A DNA stretch of 37,017 nucleotides from a virus: positions 1 to 37,017 of IMG/VR virus record IMGVR_UViG_3300048687_000120; one strand, written 5' to 3'. Below the pieces are notes generated by a model. It was not told the DNA's origin. It did not search any database and saw only the letters and a list, made by a program, of their open reading frames with translations. A program made the position numbers and the translations under genes. Position 1 is the stretch's first letter, and the number at the start of each line of letters is the position of its first letter. Shown here in pieces: positions 14,634 to 22,379 of this stretch.

Positions 14634-15125
14634 ATGCGCAACCGTAGCGCAGCTATCGAAACCACGACCGAACGGGACCGCCTCGGGAACCCGTTCAACG
14701 ACTTCCTCGCCTCCTACGTCGACACGCCCCAGGGCCGCGTGACCGGCCGGCTGAGCGTGGACGACATCGTCTCCATCCGCGAGACCACCCTCTCCGAGGC
14801 GCCGAACCGCACCTACGTGTCGGTCCTCGGCTACGTCGAGTCGGTCCGCACCTTCATGAGCGTCAAGTGGCCCGCCCGGCACCCGTTCGGCGTCTTCCGC
14901 CTGGACTCCGGAACCGGTGCCGCCGCGATCGTCACCCTGACCTCGGTCAAGTACGAGAAGTACTGGGGCGACCTCGTCATGGGCCGCCGCGTCCGCGTCT
15001 GCGGAGCCGTCACCCGTTCCGAGCAGGGCGCCCCCGTGACGCTCCGCCTGGACCGGCTGACCGTCCTCCGCACCCTGCTCGTCACCCCCGCCCAGGACAC
15101 CCACCGTCTGGCCGGAGCCCGGTGA
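14634..15125 (+). CDS. Hypothetical protein, possibly an OB-fold nucleic-acid-binding protein
   Basis: 163 aa; AGGAG SD 8 nt upstream. A beta-rich segment …VRVCGAVTRSEQGAPVTLRLDRLTVL… resembles OB-fold anticodon-binding-type domains (weak call). Confidence 0.4.
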   Translation: MRNRSAAIETTTERDRLGNPFNDFLASYVDTPQGRVTGRLSVDDIVSIRETTLSEAPNRTYVSVLGYVESVRTFMSVKWPARHPFGVFRLDSGTGAAAIVTLTSVKYEKYWGDLVMGRRVRVCGAVTRSEQGAPVTLRLDRLTVLRTLLVTPAQDTHRLAGAR

Positions 15126-15745
15126 TGGCGACCCTCGAAGCCTTCGACGCCGGTCAGCCCATCGACCTCAAGCTGATCCTCGCCGTCGAGAACGCCCTCC
15201 GTCACCTGTCCGACACCCGAGTGCGGCTCGTCCCCGCCCCCCGGGTGTGGAAGGACTCCAACCCCCAGGGCAGCGTCAAGGGCCCCAAGTGGCAGGAGAA
15301 GGCGAGGATCAAGGGCCTCCTCGCCGCCCGCGACGGCGCCGCCTGCGCCTACTGCGGCCACGACTTCTACAACTTGACCGAGGCCACGCTCGACCACGTC
15401 ATCCCGAACTGCATCGTTGGCCACTGGGAACCGTGGAACCTGCTCCTGGCCTGCGAGCCGTGCAACAACCAGAAGGCCGACCTTCTGCCGCTCGTCCTGA
15501 TGCCGATGCTCTGCACGACACTCACGGCCGCCGACCGGTGGCTGCAGGCAAAGGCCGAGAAGAAGCGAGCGAGCCGCCGGGCAAAGAAGCGTCGCGCCAA
15601 TGACAGGCGCAGGGCCCGCCGGCGTCACGACGCCGCCATGGCGGCCGCGAGGAAGCAGATCAGCGCACTGTCCGGCACCCCGTACCGGCTCGCCCTCGAA
15701 GCGGCCCCGGCCCGCGCGGCGCTCCCCAGCGGGACCGGCCAGTGA
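15125..15745 (+). CDS. HNH endonuclease (second copy, early operon)
   Basis: The ATG overlaps the upstream stop (TGATG). Contains …CAYCGHDF…LDHVIPNCIVGHWEPWNLLLACEPCNNQKAD… and a basic C-terminal tail. Confidence 0.8.
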   Translation: MATLEAFDAGQPIDLKLILAVENALRHLSDTRVRLVPAPRVWKDSNPQGSVKGPKWQEKARIKGLLAARDGAACAYCGHDFYNLTEATLDHVIPNCIVGHWEPWNLLLACEPCNNQKADLLPLVLMPMLCTTLTAADRWLQAKAEKKRASRRAKKRRANDRRRARRRHDAAMAAARKQISALSGTPYRLALEAAPARAALPSGTGQ

Positions 15746-16077
15746 CCAGCGACCAGGCCCGCGCCTCCCTGAACCGCCTGGCCGCCGCCCTGCACGAGCT
15801 CAGCTACCGCGGCACCATCCGCATCCGGCCCGAGATCCGGCTGCTGCTGGTCCCCGGCACCCCGGACGCGGACCCCGCCGACCTGCACGCCATCGGCCTC
15901 AGCCCGCAGATCGCGAACCTGCTCGCCGACACCATCGAGCGCCTCATGCGCGACACCGCGCCGACGCTCCCCGCCGAGGATGCCGCGCTCGCGGCCGCCG
16001 TCGCCGACATCTTCAACTCCCTCGACGTCGACGCGCTGCGCGCCGCCGAGACGCACCGTAAGGACGTGGACGAATGA
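15742..16077 (+). CDS. Hypothetical protein
   Basis: 111 aa; GTGA start/stop overlap with the upstream gene. Confidence 0.55.
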   Translation: MTSDQARASLNRLAAALHELSYRGTIRIRPEIRLLLVPGTPDADPADLHAIGLSPQIANLLADTIERLMRDTAPTLPAEDAALAAAVADIFNSLDVDALRAAETHRKDVDE

Positions 16078-16472
16078 GGACCCTGACCGCCACCAAGACC
16101 CCCGCCGTCGTCCGCGTCCTGTCCGAGGACGTCGCCGACCTCGCCACCGACCTCCAGGGCTTCCACCCCGCGCTCAGCATCGCCGTGGACGCGCTCGTCT
16201 CCCTGCTCACCGCGGACGACCTGGACGCCGATCTCACTCAGACGCTCATCGCCGCCCTCGCCGCGCACGGCGACGACTTCCTGCGGCTCGTCACCCTCGT
16301 CGTCCGCGACCTCGGCAACCCCGCCACCAACCCCGCCGTCGCCGGCCTGCCCGTGCACGACCGGCACCGCGCCCGGCAGCTCACCGCCGCATTCGCCGCC
16401 CAGACCGACCTCGAACTGCGCCGCGACCTCGCGTCGGAAGCCTCCGCCGTCATCGACTTCGCCACCGAATGA
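16074..16472 (+). CDS. Hypothetical acidic protein
   Basis: 132 aa; ATGA overlap with the upstream gene. Confidence 0.55.
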   Translation: MRTLTATKTPAVVRVLSEDVADLATDLQGFHPALSIAVDALVSLLTADDLDADLTQTLIAALAAHGDDFLRLVTLVVRDLGNPATNPAVAGLPVHDRHRARQLTAAFAAQTDLELRRDLASEASAVIDFATE

Positions 16473-16651
16473 GACCGAACGTCCTCCGCCTGGTCGGCGG
16501 GACCACCTCCCGCCCGACCAGGCCCCCCACCGAGTTCGACCCGAACGCCGCCCTCGCCGCCCTCGCCGAGTACTTCCGAGAGCACCCGCTCCCCCCGCGC
16601 CTCCACCTCGTCCCCACCGACGACAACCCGACCGAGAGGACCACCCCATGA
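16469..16651 (+). CDS. Hypothetical small protein
   Basis: The last 60 codons of track ORF 15980..16651 (MRPNVLRLVGGTTSRPTRPPTEFDPNAALAALAEYFREHP…); ATGA overlaps on both sides. Confidence 0.45.
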   Translation: MRPNVLRLVGGTTSRPTRPPTEFDPNAALAALAEYFREHPLPPRLHLVPTDDNPTERTTP

Positions 16652-16899
16652 ACAAGAAGACCCTCCCCGCCACGATCAAGCGGAAGTACGACGAGACCAC
16701 CTACTTCCTGTGGCCCCTCGGCATCGCCCTCTGCGTTGCACAGGCCGTCCAGGCGGGCCTGAACGACTACATCGGTGACCCCGCCGCCTTCCTCCTCTCC
16801 GTCATCACCGCATGGAACGTCCTCGGCTCCATCACGCGCCTGCAGGAGATGGCCAAGACCCGGCAGACCGCGGCCGCCGTCGCCAAGGTCGCCGAGTAG
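16648..16899 (+). CDS. Small membrane protein (2 TM)
   Basis: MNKKTLPATIKRKYDETTYFLWPLGIALCVAQAV…AAFLLSVITAWNVLGSI…. Confidence 0.6.
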   Translation: MNKKTLPATIKRKYDETTYFLWPLGIALCVAQAVQAGLNDYIGDPAAFLLSVITAWNVLGSITRLQEMAKTRQTAAAVAKVAE

Positions 16900-16918
16900 A
16901 TCCGCCGGAACTCACCGC

Positions 16919-17194
16919 ATGAACGCCCAGGACATGGTGCTGATCGCACTGGCCGCGGACATCGGCCTCTTTGCCTGGCTCACCGCCTACCTGCGGTCAG
17001 CCTCCCCCACCCGAGAAGAAGGAGAGACACACATGTTCGGACGCAAGAGCACCGGCAGCACCGGCAAGACGGGACGCGCGGCGAAGCCGGGAGAGGTCGG
17101 CAACAAGCGTGGCATCCCAATCACCAAGCCGACCGGGACCCCGGTCAAGGGCCGTGACCCGCGCACCGTCAACACCAAGCGCAAGGGCGTCTGA
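16919..17194 (+). CDS. Small protein: N-terminal TM segment plus a Lys/Arg/Gly-rich tail
   Basis: MNAQDMVLIALAADIGLFAWLTAYL…MFGRKSTGSTGKTGRAAKPGEVGNKRGIP…. An internal in-frame ATG 17033 with a strong SD (GAAGGAGAG) may be an alternative start. Confidence 0.5.
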   Translation: MNAQDMVLIALAADIGLFAWLTAYLRSASPTREEGETHMFGRKSTGSTGKTGRAAKPGEVGNKRGIPITKPTGTPVKGRDPRTVNTKRKGV

Positions 17195-17203
17195 CAGCTG
17201 CCT

Positions 17204-17230
17204 CCCGGGCCCGTCTCGCACGGGCCCGGG
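17204..17230 (+). terminator. Terminator hairpin (11-bp perfect GC stem, 5-nt loop)
   Basis: CCCGGGCCCGT (17204-17214) CTCGC ACGGGCCCGGG (17220-17230), 10 nt after the stop at 17194. Confidence 0.65.
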
Positions 17231-17292
17231 TGCAGGGAGCCGGACAGACCGACCCACCGCACCACCCCGACAGAAAGCAACTGGGGGAAGAC

Positions 17293-18003
17293 ATGGCAAC
17301 CACCGAACTCCAGCAGACGCGGACCATCGTTCCGCCGGCGAGCCCGCTCGAGAACGCGCTGCGCGACGCGGTGAACCGCATGAGCGCCGCACGACTGCGG
17401 CAGCGCGTCGCCCCCGGCGAGGCCCCGGCCCTCCCGCCCGTCGACCTGGAAGCCCTCGCGGACCTCGTCATCGAGGCCGCCATCCGCGACCAGCACGGCA
17501 TGGTGATGTCCAGCCTGGACACCCCCGGCAAGCCGTCCCCGCAGGAGACCGGTTGGGCACAGTCCCTCGCCGGTTCCGTCGCCACCCGCTTCCGGCGCAC
17601 CGCCCGCAAGGTGCTCCGCTCCCTGAAGGACGACGCCCCCGAGATCGTCATCGACGACTCGTCCAAGGACAACGGATGCCCGGCCTGGTGCGTCCGCTAC
17701 GACTCGCCGAACGGCTGCGACTGGTGCGAGTCCCGCCCGATCGCCTTCCACGGCCCGGGCGACTTCTACGACGACGAGCCCGAGCAGTACGAGGTGCTGT
17801 ACGCCGCCCTCTCCGAGGCCCCCCTGGACGACCTGACCGACGCGACCGACGCGGCGCCCTACATCTTCTTCGACACGCTCTCCACCGGGCAGGGCGACCG
17901 CCTGGACGTCGCGCAGACGGACATCGTGATCCGCCGCCTCACCCGGTACGTGGCCGGCCTTCAGGTCCTCCGCGACCAGCTCGCCTACCTGCAGCGCGAC
18001 TAG
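17293..18003 (+). CDS. Hypothetical protein with a CPxWC…C.WC cysteine motif
   Basis: 236 aa from ATG 17293 (SD GGGGGAAG): …SSKDNGCPAWCVRYDSPNGCDWCESRPIAFHG…. Confidence 0.55.
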   Translation: MATTELQQTRTIVPPASPLENALRDAVNRMSAARLRQRVAPGEAPALPPVDLEALADLVIEAAIRDQHGMVMSSLDTPGKPSPQETGWAQSLAGSVATRFRRTARKVLRSLKDDAPEIVIDDSSKDNGCPAWCVRYDSPNGCDWCESRPIAFHGPGDFYDDEPEQYEVLYAALSEAPLDDLTDATDAAPYIFFDTLSTGQGDRLDVAQTDIVIRRLTRYVAGLQVLRDQLAYLQRD

Positions 18004-18092
18004 GCACCGATCACCCGCGGGCGCCCGTCCCGACTCCCTGGCAGGAAACACCGGGACGGGCCCCGCTCGAACTCCCTGCAAAGGAATCCACC

Positions 18093-19124
18093 GTGAAGGT
18101 ACCCGGAGAGGACACCACCGCTCCGAACGACGTCGACCAGATCCTCGGCGACGCCTTCCGGCAGTGGTGGAAGCCGGTCACGCGCTTCATCTGCACACGC
18201 GTCGACAACCGCCACCGCATGCACGCCGAGGACCTCGCCTCCCGCACCTTCGAGGAGTACTGGCGCTTCCTCGAATCGGGAAAGCGACCGCAGGGCCCGG
18301 TATGGGGACTGCTGTGCACGATGGCACGCCAAGCCATCTCGGAGTTCTACCAGGCGTTCAGCAACCGCCTCGAGTCCTCCTGCGACTTCACCGACCCGGC
18401 CAACCGCAGCATCGCGGCCGGCCACGCCTACGCCCCCGCCTCCCCGACCCTGGCCGAACTGAGCGCCGAACTGGACGCGGCCACCGCCGAGATGGAGACC
18501 ACGTCGGCTCTCTGGCGGAAGCTGCACGCCGAGTGCACCAAGGTCTACTCCCGACTGCAGCAGTCCCAGACCGCCCGCACGACGGACCGCCTGACCGCTG
18601 CGCTACGGCAGGCCGACCAGGACGCCGCGGCGCAGCTCGTCGTCTTCCGCGCCGCCTGCCACCGTGTCGGCACGCTGCGCGCCGAGATCGAGGCCGCCGC
18701 AGGTCCGCACTACCGGTCGGTGGTCGTCCAGCCCGAGGTGCCGAACCAGCGCAGCCGGCCGCACACGGTCGTCAGTGACCCGACCCTCACGCACTGCCGC
18801 ACCGGGCACCGCATGACCCTGCACAACACCCAGTTCCACGCAGACGGCACCCGTGCCTGCCGCGCCTGCAAGCACGCTCAGCACCGGCAGCGCGAGGCCG
18901 CATCCGACACCCCGAAGAACGCGCCCACCGCCCTGAAGTGCACGCCCGCTCTGATTGCCCGCGCCCGCCGGCTGTTCGCCGCCCCGGCCGCCGCTAACAG
19001 GACCCTCGCCGACCTCGGACAGGAGCTCGGCGTCAGCGTGCGCGTCCTGCGCAAGCACATCCCCGACCTCACAGAGCTGCGCCACCAGGCGCGCACCGCC
19101 GCCTTGGCAGGTACTGCCCGATGA
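18093..19124 (+). CDS. Sigma-70/ECF-like transcription factor candidate with an internal Cys/His cluster and a C-terminal HTH
   Basis: GTG 18093 (SD AAGGAA). …HAEDLASRTFEEYWRFLESGKRPQGPVWGLLCTMARQAISEFYQ… resembles sigma region 2. …RTLADLGQELGVSVRVLRKHI… resembles a region-4 HTH. …HCRTGHRM…TRACRACKH… lies between them. Confidence 0.45.
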   Translation: MKVPGEDTTAPNDVDQILGDAFRQWWKPVTRFICTRVDNRHRMHAEDLASRTFEEYWRFLESGKRPQGPVWGLLCTMARQAISEFYQAFSNRLESSCDFTDPANRSIAAGHAYAPASPTLAELSAELDAATAEMETTSALWRKLHAECTKVYSRLQQSQTARTTDRLTAALRQADQDAAAQLVVFRAACHRVGTLRAEIEAAAGPHYRSVVVQPEVPNQRSRPHTVVSDPTLTHCRTGHRMTLHNTQFHADGTRACRACKHAQHRQREAASDTPKNAPTALKCTPALIARARRLFAAPAAANRTLADLGQELGVSVRVLRKHIPDLTELRHQARTAALAGTAR

Positions 19125-20605
19125 CCACCACCCCCGAGAGGACCACCCCCGTGCGCACCACCCCCGCCTCCGCACCGGCAGCCCCCGCCACCCGCGAAGA
19201 CCACGACCAGGCCCTCCGCGACATCGCCCAGCTCGAGTCCATCGAGCAGGGCCTCACCCGTGTCCTCGTCATCCTCGGCATCGGCGGGCTGATCTTCACC
19301 GCCGTCAACGTCACCCTGTTCGCCATCGAACACGACACGCACCGGGCCATCGCCTGGATGCTCGACCCGCTCGTCTCCCTCTCCCTGCTCGCCGCGCTGT
19401 TCATCGACGGACGCCTCGCCGCCCACGGCTACAAGCCGGGCGGCTGGCCGTTCGTCCTGCGCTGGTTCGCCGGCCTCACCACCTGGCTGATGAACTGCTG
19501 GGGCGCCCTGTACCCGGGCGGGAAGTTCACCGGCTGGCCCGACCGCGCCGACCCGGCCGGCCTGGTGCTGCACTCCGCGATCCCGTTCCTCGTCATCGTC
19601 CTGGCCGAGGCGGGCGCCGGCTGGCGCCGGTTCACGCTGCGGAAGAAGCCCGAGTACCAGGCCGTCGTCGACGACTGGAAGAACCGTGAGGCCGAGCGCC
19701 GCCGCATCGCCACGGAGAAGCGGGAGAAGGAGGACCAGCGGCTCCGCGACGAGGCGGAAGCCGAGCGGAAGCGCGCCGCGGATCTCGAAGCGGAGGAGCG
19801 GAAGCTGACCGCGGAACTGGCGGCGGAGGAGAAGCGCGCCGCGATCGAGACGGCAAAAGCGCGGGACCTCGCCGACGCAGAAACGCGGCGGATCCAAGCC
19901 GAGGTCGAGGCAAAAGCGCGGACCGCGGAACTGGACCGCGAAACCGCGGAAGCGCAGGAACGCGCCGCCGCAGAAGCGCGGGAGCAGCAGGCCCGCATCG
20001 ATCGCGAGAACGCGGCGCACGCCGCCCGCCTGGAGCAGGATCGCATCGCAGCAGAAGCCGAGGCGGAAGCCGTAAAGGTCAAGGCCGCGGACGAGGCGCG
20101 GGCCGCCGAGGAGGTCCGCCTCAAGCGCCGCGAAACCGCGGAAGCGCGGCGCGCTTCCACCGCGCTTCCGGCCGCGGAACCCGCCGCGCTTCCGGCGAAG
20201 GCGACCGCGCTTTCGACCGCGATTCCGTCCGAGGCGACCGCGATTCCGACCGCGGAACCGACCGCGCCTTCGCATCCCGGCACCGCGCTTCTGTCCGACC
20301 AGGCGACCGCGATTCCGCGGAAGCTGACCGCGGTTCCGCACCGCGATTCCACCGAAGCGGACGACGTACGCGGCGCCGAGGCCAAGCGCCGGCAGATCGA
20401 GGAGGCCAACCTCGAGGCCGCGATCCTGCTCACCCTCGACCGGGCACCGACCCGCAAGGACTTCGCCGCCGGCTACGGACGCGGCGAGACGTGGGGACGG
20501 GACCGGTACGCCGACGCACAGCGTCTGCTCGCCGAGGACGAGGCGTTCGCCGCCAAGGTGCAGGCCGAGGCCGAGCAGCGCACCGCCGCCCTGGTCACCG
20601 CCTGA
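19121..20605 (+). CDS. DUF2637 / SpdB2-like polytopic membrane protein with a long charged coiled-coil and a repeat-rich C-terminal half
   Basis: About 4 TM helices at the N-terminus (…VLVILGIGGLIFTAVNVTLFAI…, …LVSLSLLAALFI…, …FAGLTTWLMNCWGAL…, …LHSAIPFLVIVLAEA…). These are followed by an E/R/A-rich region and TA(I/L/V)P repeats. Confidence 0.6.
   Translation: MTTTPERTTPVRTTPASAPAAPATREDHDQALRDIAQLESIEQGLTRVLVILGIGGLIFTAVNVTLFAIEHDTHRAIAWMLDPLVSLSLLAALFIDGRLAAHGYKPGGWPFVLRWFAGLTTWLMNCWGALYPGGKFTGWPDRADPAGLVLHSAIPFLVIVLAEAGAGWRRFTLRKKPEYQAVVDDWKNREAERRRIATEKREKEDQRLRDEAEAERKRAADLEAEERKLTAELAAEEKRAAIETAKARDLADAETRRIQAEVEAKARTAELDRETAEAQERAAAEAREQQARIDRENAAHAARLEQDRIAAEAEAEAVKVKAADEARAAEEVRLKRRETAEARRASTALPAAEPAALPAKATALSTAIPSEATAIPTAEPTAPSHPGTALLSDQATAIPRKLTAVPHRDSTEADDVRGAEAKRRQIEEANLEAAILLTLDRAPTRKDFAAGYGRGETWGRDRYADAQRLLAEDEAFAAKVQAEAEQRTAALVTA
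20135..20350. repeat. Dense array (at least 12 copies, both orientations) of the motif ACCGCG-NN-T(T/C)C(C), including 3 exact GACCGCGATTCCG
   Basis: Copies include 20216-20226, 20237-20247, 20249-20259, 20261-20271, 20282-20292, 20306-20316, 20327-20337 and 20340-20350. Spacings are 12-24 bp, most often 21. Related GACCGCGGAACTGG occurs twice near 19807 and 19921. Confidence 0.7.
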
Positions 20606-20616
20606 CCGTTCCGACA

Positions 20617-20648
20617 ACGCCCCTGCCGGGTTCGACCGGTGGGGGCGT
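20617..20648 (+). terminator. Terminator hairpin after the DUF2637 gene (13-bp stem including two G-U pairs, loop GTTCGA)
   Basis: ACGCCCCTGCCGG (20617-20629) / CCGGTGGGGGCGT (20636-20648), 12 nt after the stop. Confidence 0.6.
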
Positions 20649-20950
20649 CGGCGTGTCCGGGCTACGCACGCGCGGTAGCCGTCCGGCGGGCCGGGACCGC
20701 CTACTTACTACTTACCGACCGGGGGAGAAAGCCCCCGATGTCCGATTCTCGGGCCGGATCGGCAGGAAGTAGCGCTCTTCCGGGCCGGTCGGTAAGAAGT
20801 CAGTAACTCGGCGACGTGACGCGGGGTGACGAATCGTCATCATCACATTGCCGGGAGAAGGTGATGATGCGGGCCCCAACGCGCGCGCGCGACGCGCGTG
20901 CGCGAGGGAAGCACAACCGGTGACGCAGCGTCAAGGAATTCCGGGCAGCG

Positions 20951-20992
20951 AAAAGGCCCCCGCGGCACCCGTGTTGGGCGCCGCGGGGGCCT
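20951..20992 (-). terminator. Canonical rho-independent terminator for leftward (late) transcripts
   Basis: 13-bp perfect stem AGGCCCCCGCGGC (20954-20966) / GCCGCGGGGGCCT (20980-20992). On the minus strand it is followed by TTTT (complement of AAAA 20951-20954). Confidence 0.65.
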
Positions 20993-21232
20993 CGTCCGTT
21001 CTTCCTCCCACTTCCTCCCCCCAGGCAGGAGAACCGCCGTTCGCCCTTGTGACGTGGCCGGACGTGATGGCGACCGTGTCAGGGGGAGGGAGGAGGAGAA
21101 GCCACCACCGCCTCACGGCGGGGCGTGGCGGCGCCTCTGGCGGGCTTTCAGCCCATCGGCGGCGCGGAGTCCGCGCGCGCCTCTGCTGTCCCGGCAGACG
21201 GGCGCTGAGTGCGACTTGGCCAATCCGTGGCA

Positions 21233-21883
21233 TCACGGGTACTGGCGGCGCTGAGGATCCAACGCGGCCGCAGACGGGGACGGCTGCCCGTCGTCGTCCG
21301 GTGCCGGTGCACCATCCCGGCGGCAGACGAGCGCGTCGGGGTCGCCGGGCGGGGTCTGCAGGCTGTACCCGTCCGGGCAGGTCTGCCCGTCACGGCCATC
21401 GGCCCCGTCTTTTCCGGCGGCGCCGGCGGGGCCTGGCTCGCCCTGCGGTCCGGCCGGCCCTGGCTCGCCCTGCGCGCCTGGAGCGCCCGGTGTTCCGGCG
21501 GCGCCACTCGGGCCGGTCTTGCCCACGCCATCGGTTCCCTTCGCGCCGTTGTCGCCGTCGCTGCCGTTCTTGCCCGGTGATCCGGACGGTCCCGGGCTGC
21601 CCGGGTTTCCCGGTTCACCCTGCGCGCCGCGCGGACCCTGTATCGAACGGCCAGGGGTGCCGCGGCTCCCGGGCGGGCCAGCCACGGGTGTGCCGCCCAT
21701 CCGCTCGACCTGCCGGGCCAGCTGGTCACGCGCCTCGTTCGCCGTCCGCAGGTCGTCCGTCATCGCCTGCACCGTCAGCACGATCCAGGCGACGGCGATT
21801 CCCAGCGCGATGGCGCCGAACACCGCGAAGACGTCTCCGCGGCGCCAGCGCCGTTCCTCCGCCCGGATCTGGCCGCGCGTCAT
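21233..21883 (-). CDS. Membrane-anchored collagen-like (Gly-X-Y repeat) protein
   Basis: 216 aa from ATG 21883 (ATGA overlap with the upstream gene). N-terminal [23 protein letters not shown], a short coiled segment, about 30 G-X-Y triplets ([25 protein letters not shown]…[19 protein letters not shown]; nt ~21383-21679), and a Cys-containing C-terminal domain. Confidence 0.75.
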   Translation of the reverse strand: MTRGQIRAEERRWRRGDVFAVFGAIALGIAVAWIVLTVQAMTDDLRTANEARDQLARQVERMGGTPVAGPPGSRGTPGRSIQGPRGAQGEPGNPGSPGPSGSPGKNGSDGDNGAKGTDGVGKTGPSGAAGTPGAPGAQGEPGPAGPQGEPGPAGAAGKDGADGRDGQTCPDGYSLQTPPGDPDALVCRRDGAPAPDDDGQPSPSAAALDPQRRQYP

Positions 21884-22176
21884 GACCCCGCCCCCTGGGT
21901 GAGCAGAATGATCACCGGCAGAAGGATCCCGACCAGCGGCACCACGACCGCACCGATCAGCCACCTCCTGGTCGCGACCAACTTCTCGGACTCCTTCTCC
22001 CGCAGGGTCTCCAGCGTGCTGACCCGCGCGGTTAGTGCCTCGTGCCGCAGGTCGTAGATCCGGGCGTCGACTTTCTCGTCGAGGCGGTGGCCGAGCTGCT
22101 GGATGTCGTCGCGGACATCGGCGAAGCGGTCTTCGAATCGGCGTACGACCTCGCCTAGCGTCGGCTCATCAGCCAC
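21880..22176 (-). CDS. Tail-anchored membrane protein with a coiled-coil N-domain (lysis-cassette position)
   Basis: 98 aa; GTG 22176 with AGGAG SD. …[41 protein letters not shown]. Confidence 0.55.
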   Translation of the reverse strand: MADEPTLGEVVRRFEDRFADVRDDIQQLGHRLDEKVDARIYDLRHEALTARVSTLETLREKESEKLVATRRWLIGAVVVPLVGILLPVIILLTQGAGS

Positions 22177-22193
22177 CGCTCAACTCCTGTCTG

Positions 22194-22379
22194 TCAGGCG
22201 TCCTGCGTGGGCTGCTTGTTGGGCACGCTGAAGACGATGCCCCAGGCAGCGAGGACGGCCAGCGCGATGATGACGCCCTCGCCGCTGGTCAGGGTGCCGT
22301 CCTGTACGGCGGTGACGGCGGCGGTGGCGCCCGCGGCGAGAGCGCCGACGATGGACTTGGCGATGCTGGAAACGCGCAT
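22194..22379 (-). CDS. Holin-like small membrane protein (2 TM)
   Basis: MRVSSIAKSIVGALAAGATAAVTAV…GVIIALAVLAAWGIVFSV…. ATG 22379 has a GAGGA SD. The track ORF extends to GTG 22391. Confidence 0.5.
   Translation of the reverse strand: MRVSSIAKSIVGALAAGATAAVTAVQDGTLTSGEGVIIALAVLAAWGIVFSVPNKQPTQDA

Noticed and set aside
18878-20617. 579-aa and 342-aa minus-strand ORFs opposite the DUF2637/SpdB2-like gene
   Set aside because: They are low-complexity Arg/Gly/Leu or Ser/Ala-rich translations of the repeat-rich region. The plus frame has four TM helices and an ATGA-type coupling to the upstream gene.
20626-20640. GGTTCGA-like string suggesting a tRNA T-loop or an attP core derived from a tRNA
   Set aside because: The flanks do not form a 5-bp T-stem with a 7-nt loop (position 61 would not pair with G53). 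No acceptor, D or anticodon arms can be built. It is better explained as the loop of the terminator hairpin 20617-20648.
20879-20904. Alternating purine-pyrimidine (CG)n tracts as a Z-DNA-forming element
   Set aside because: The tracts are short (two ~13-nt runs) and expected at some frequency in such GC-rich DNA. They are noted only as part of the structured intergenic region, not as a separate functional claim.
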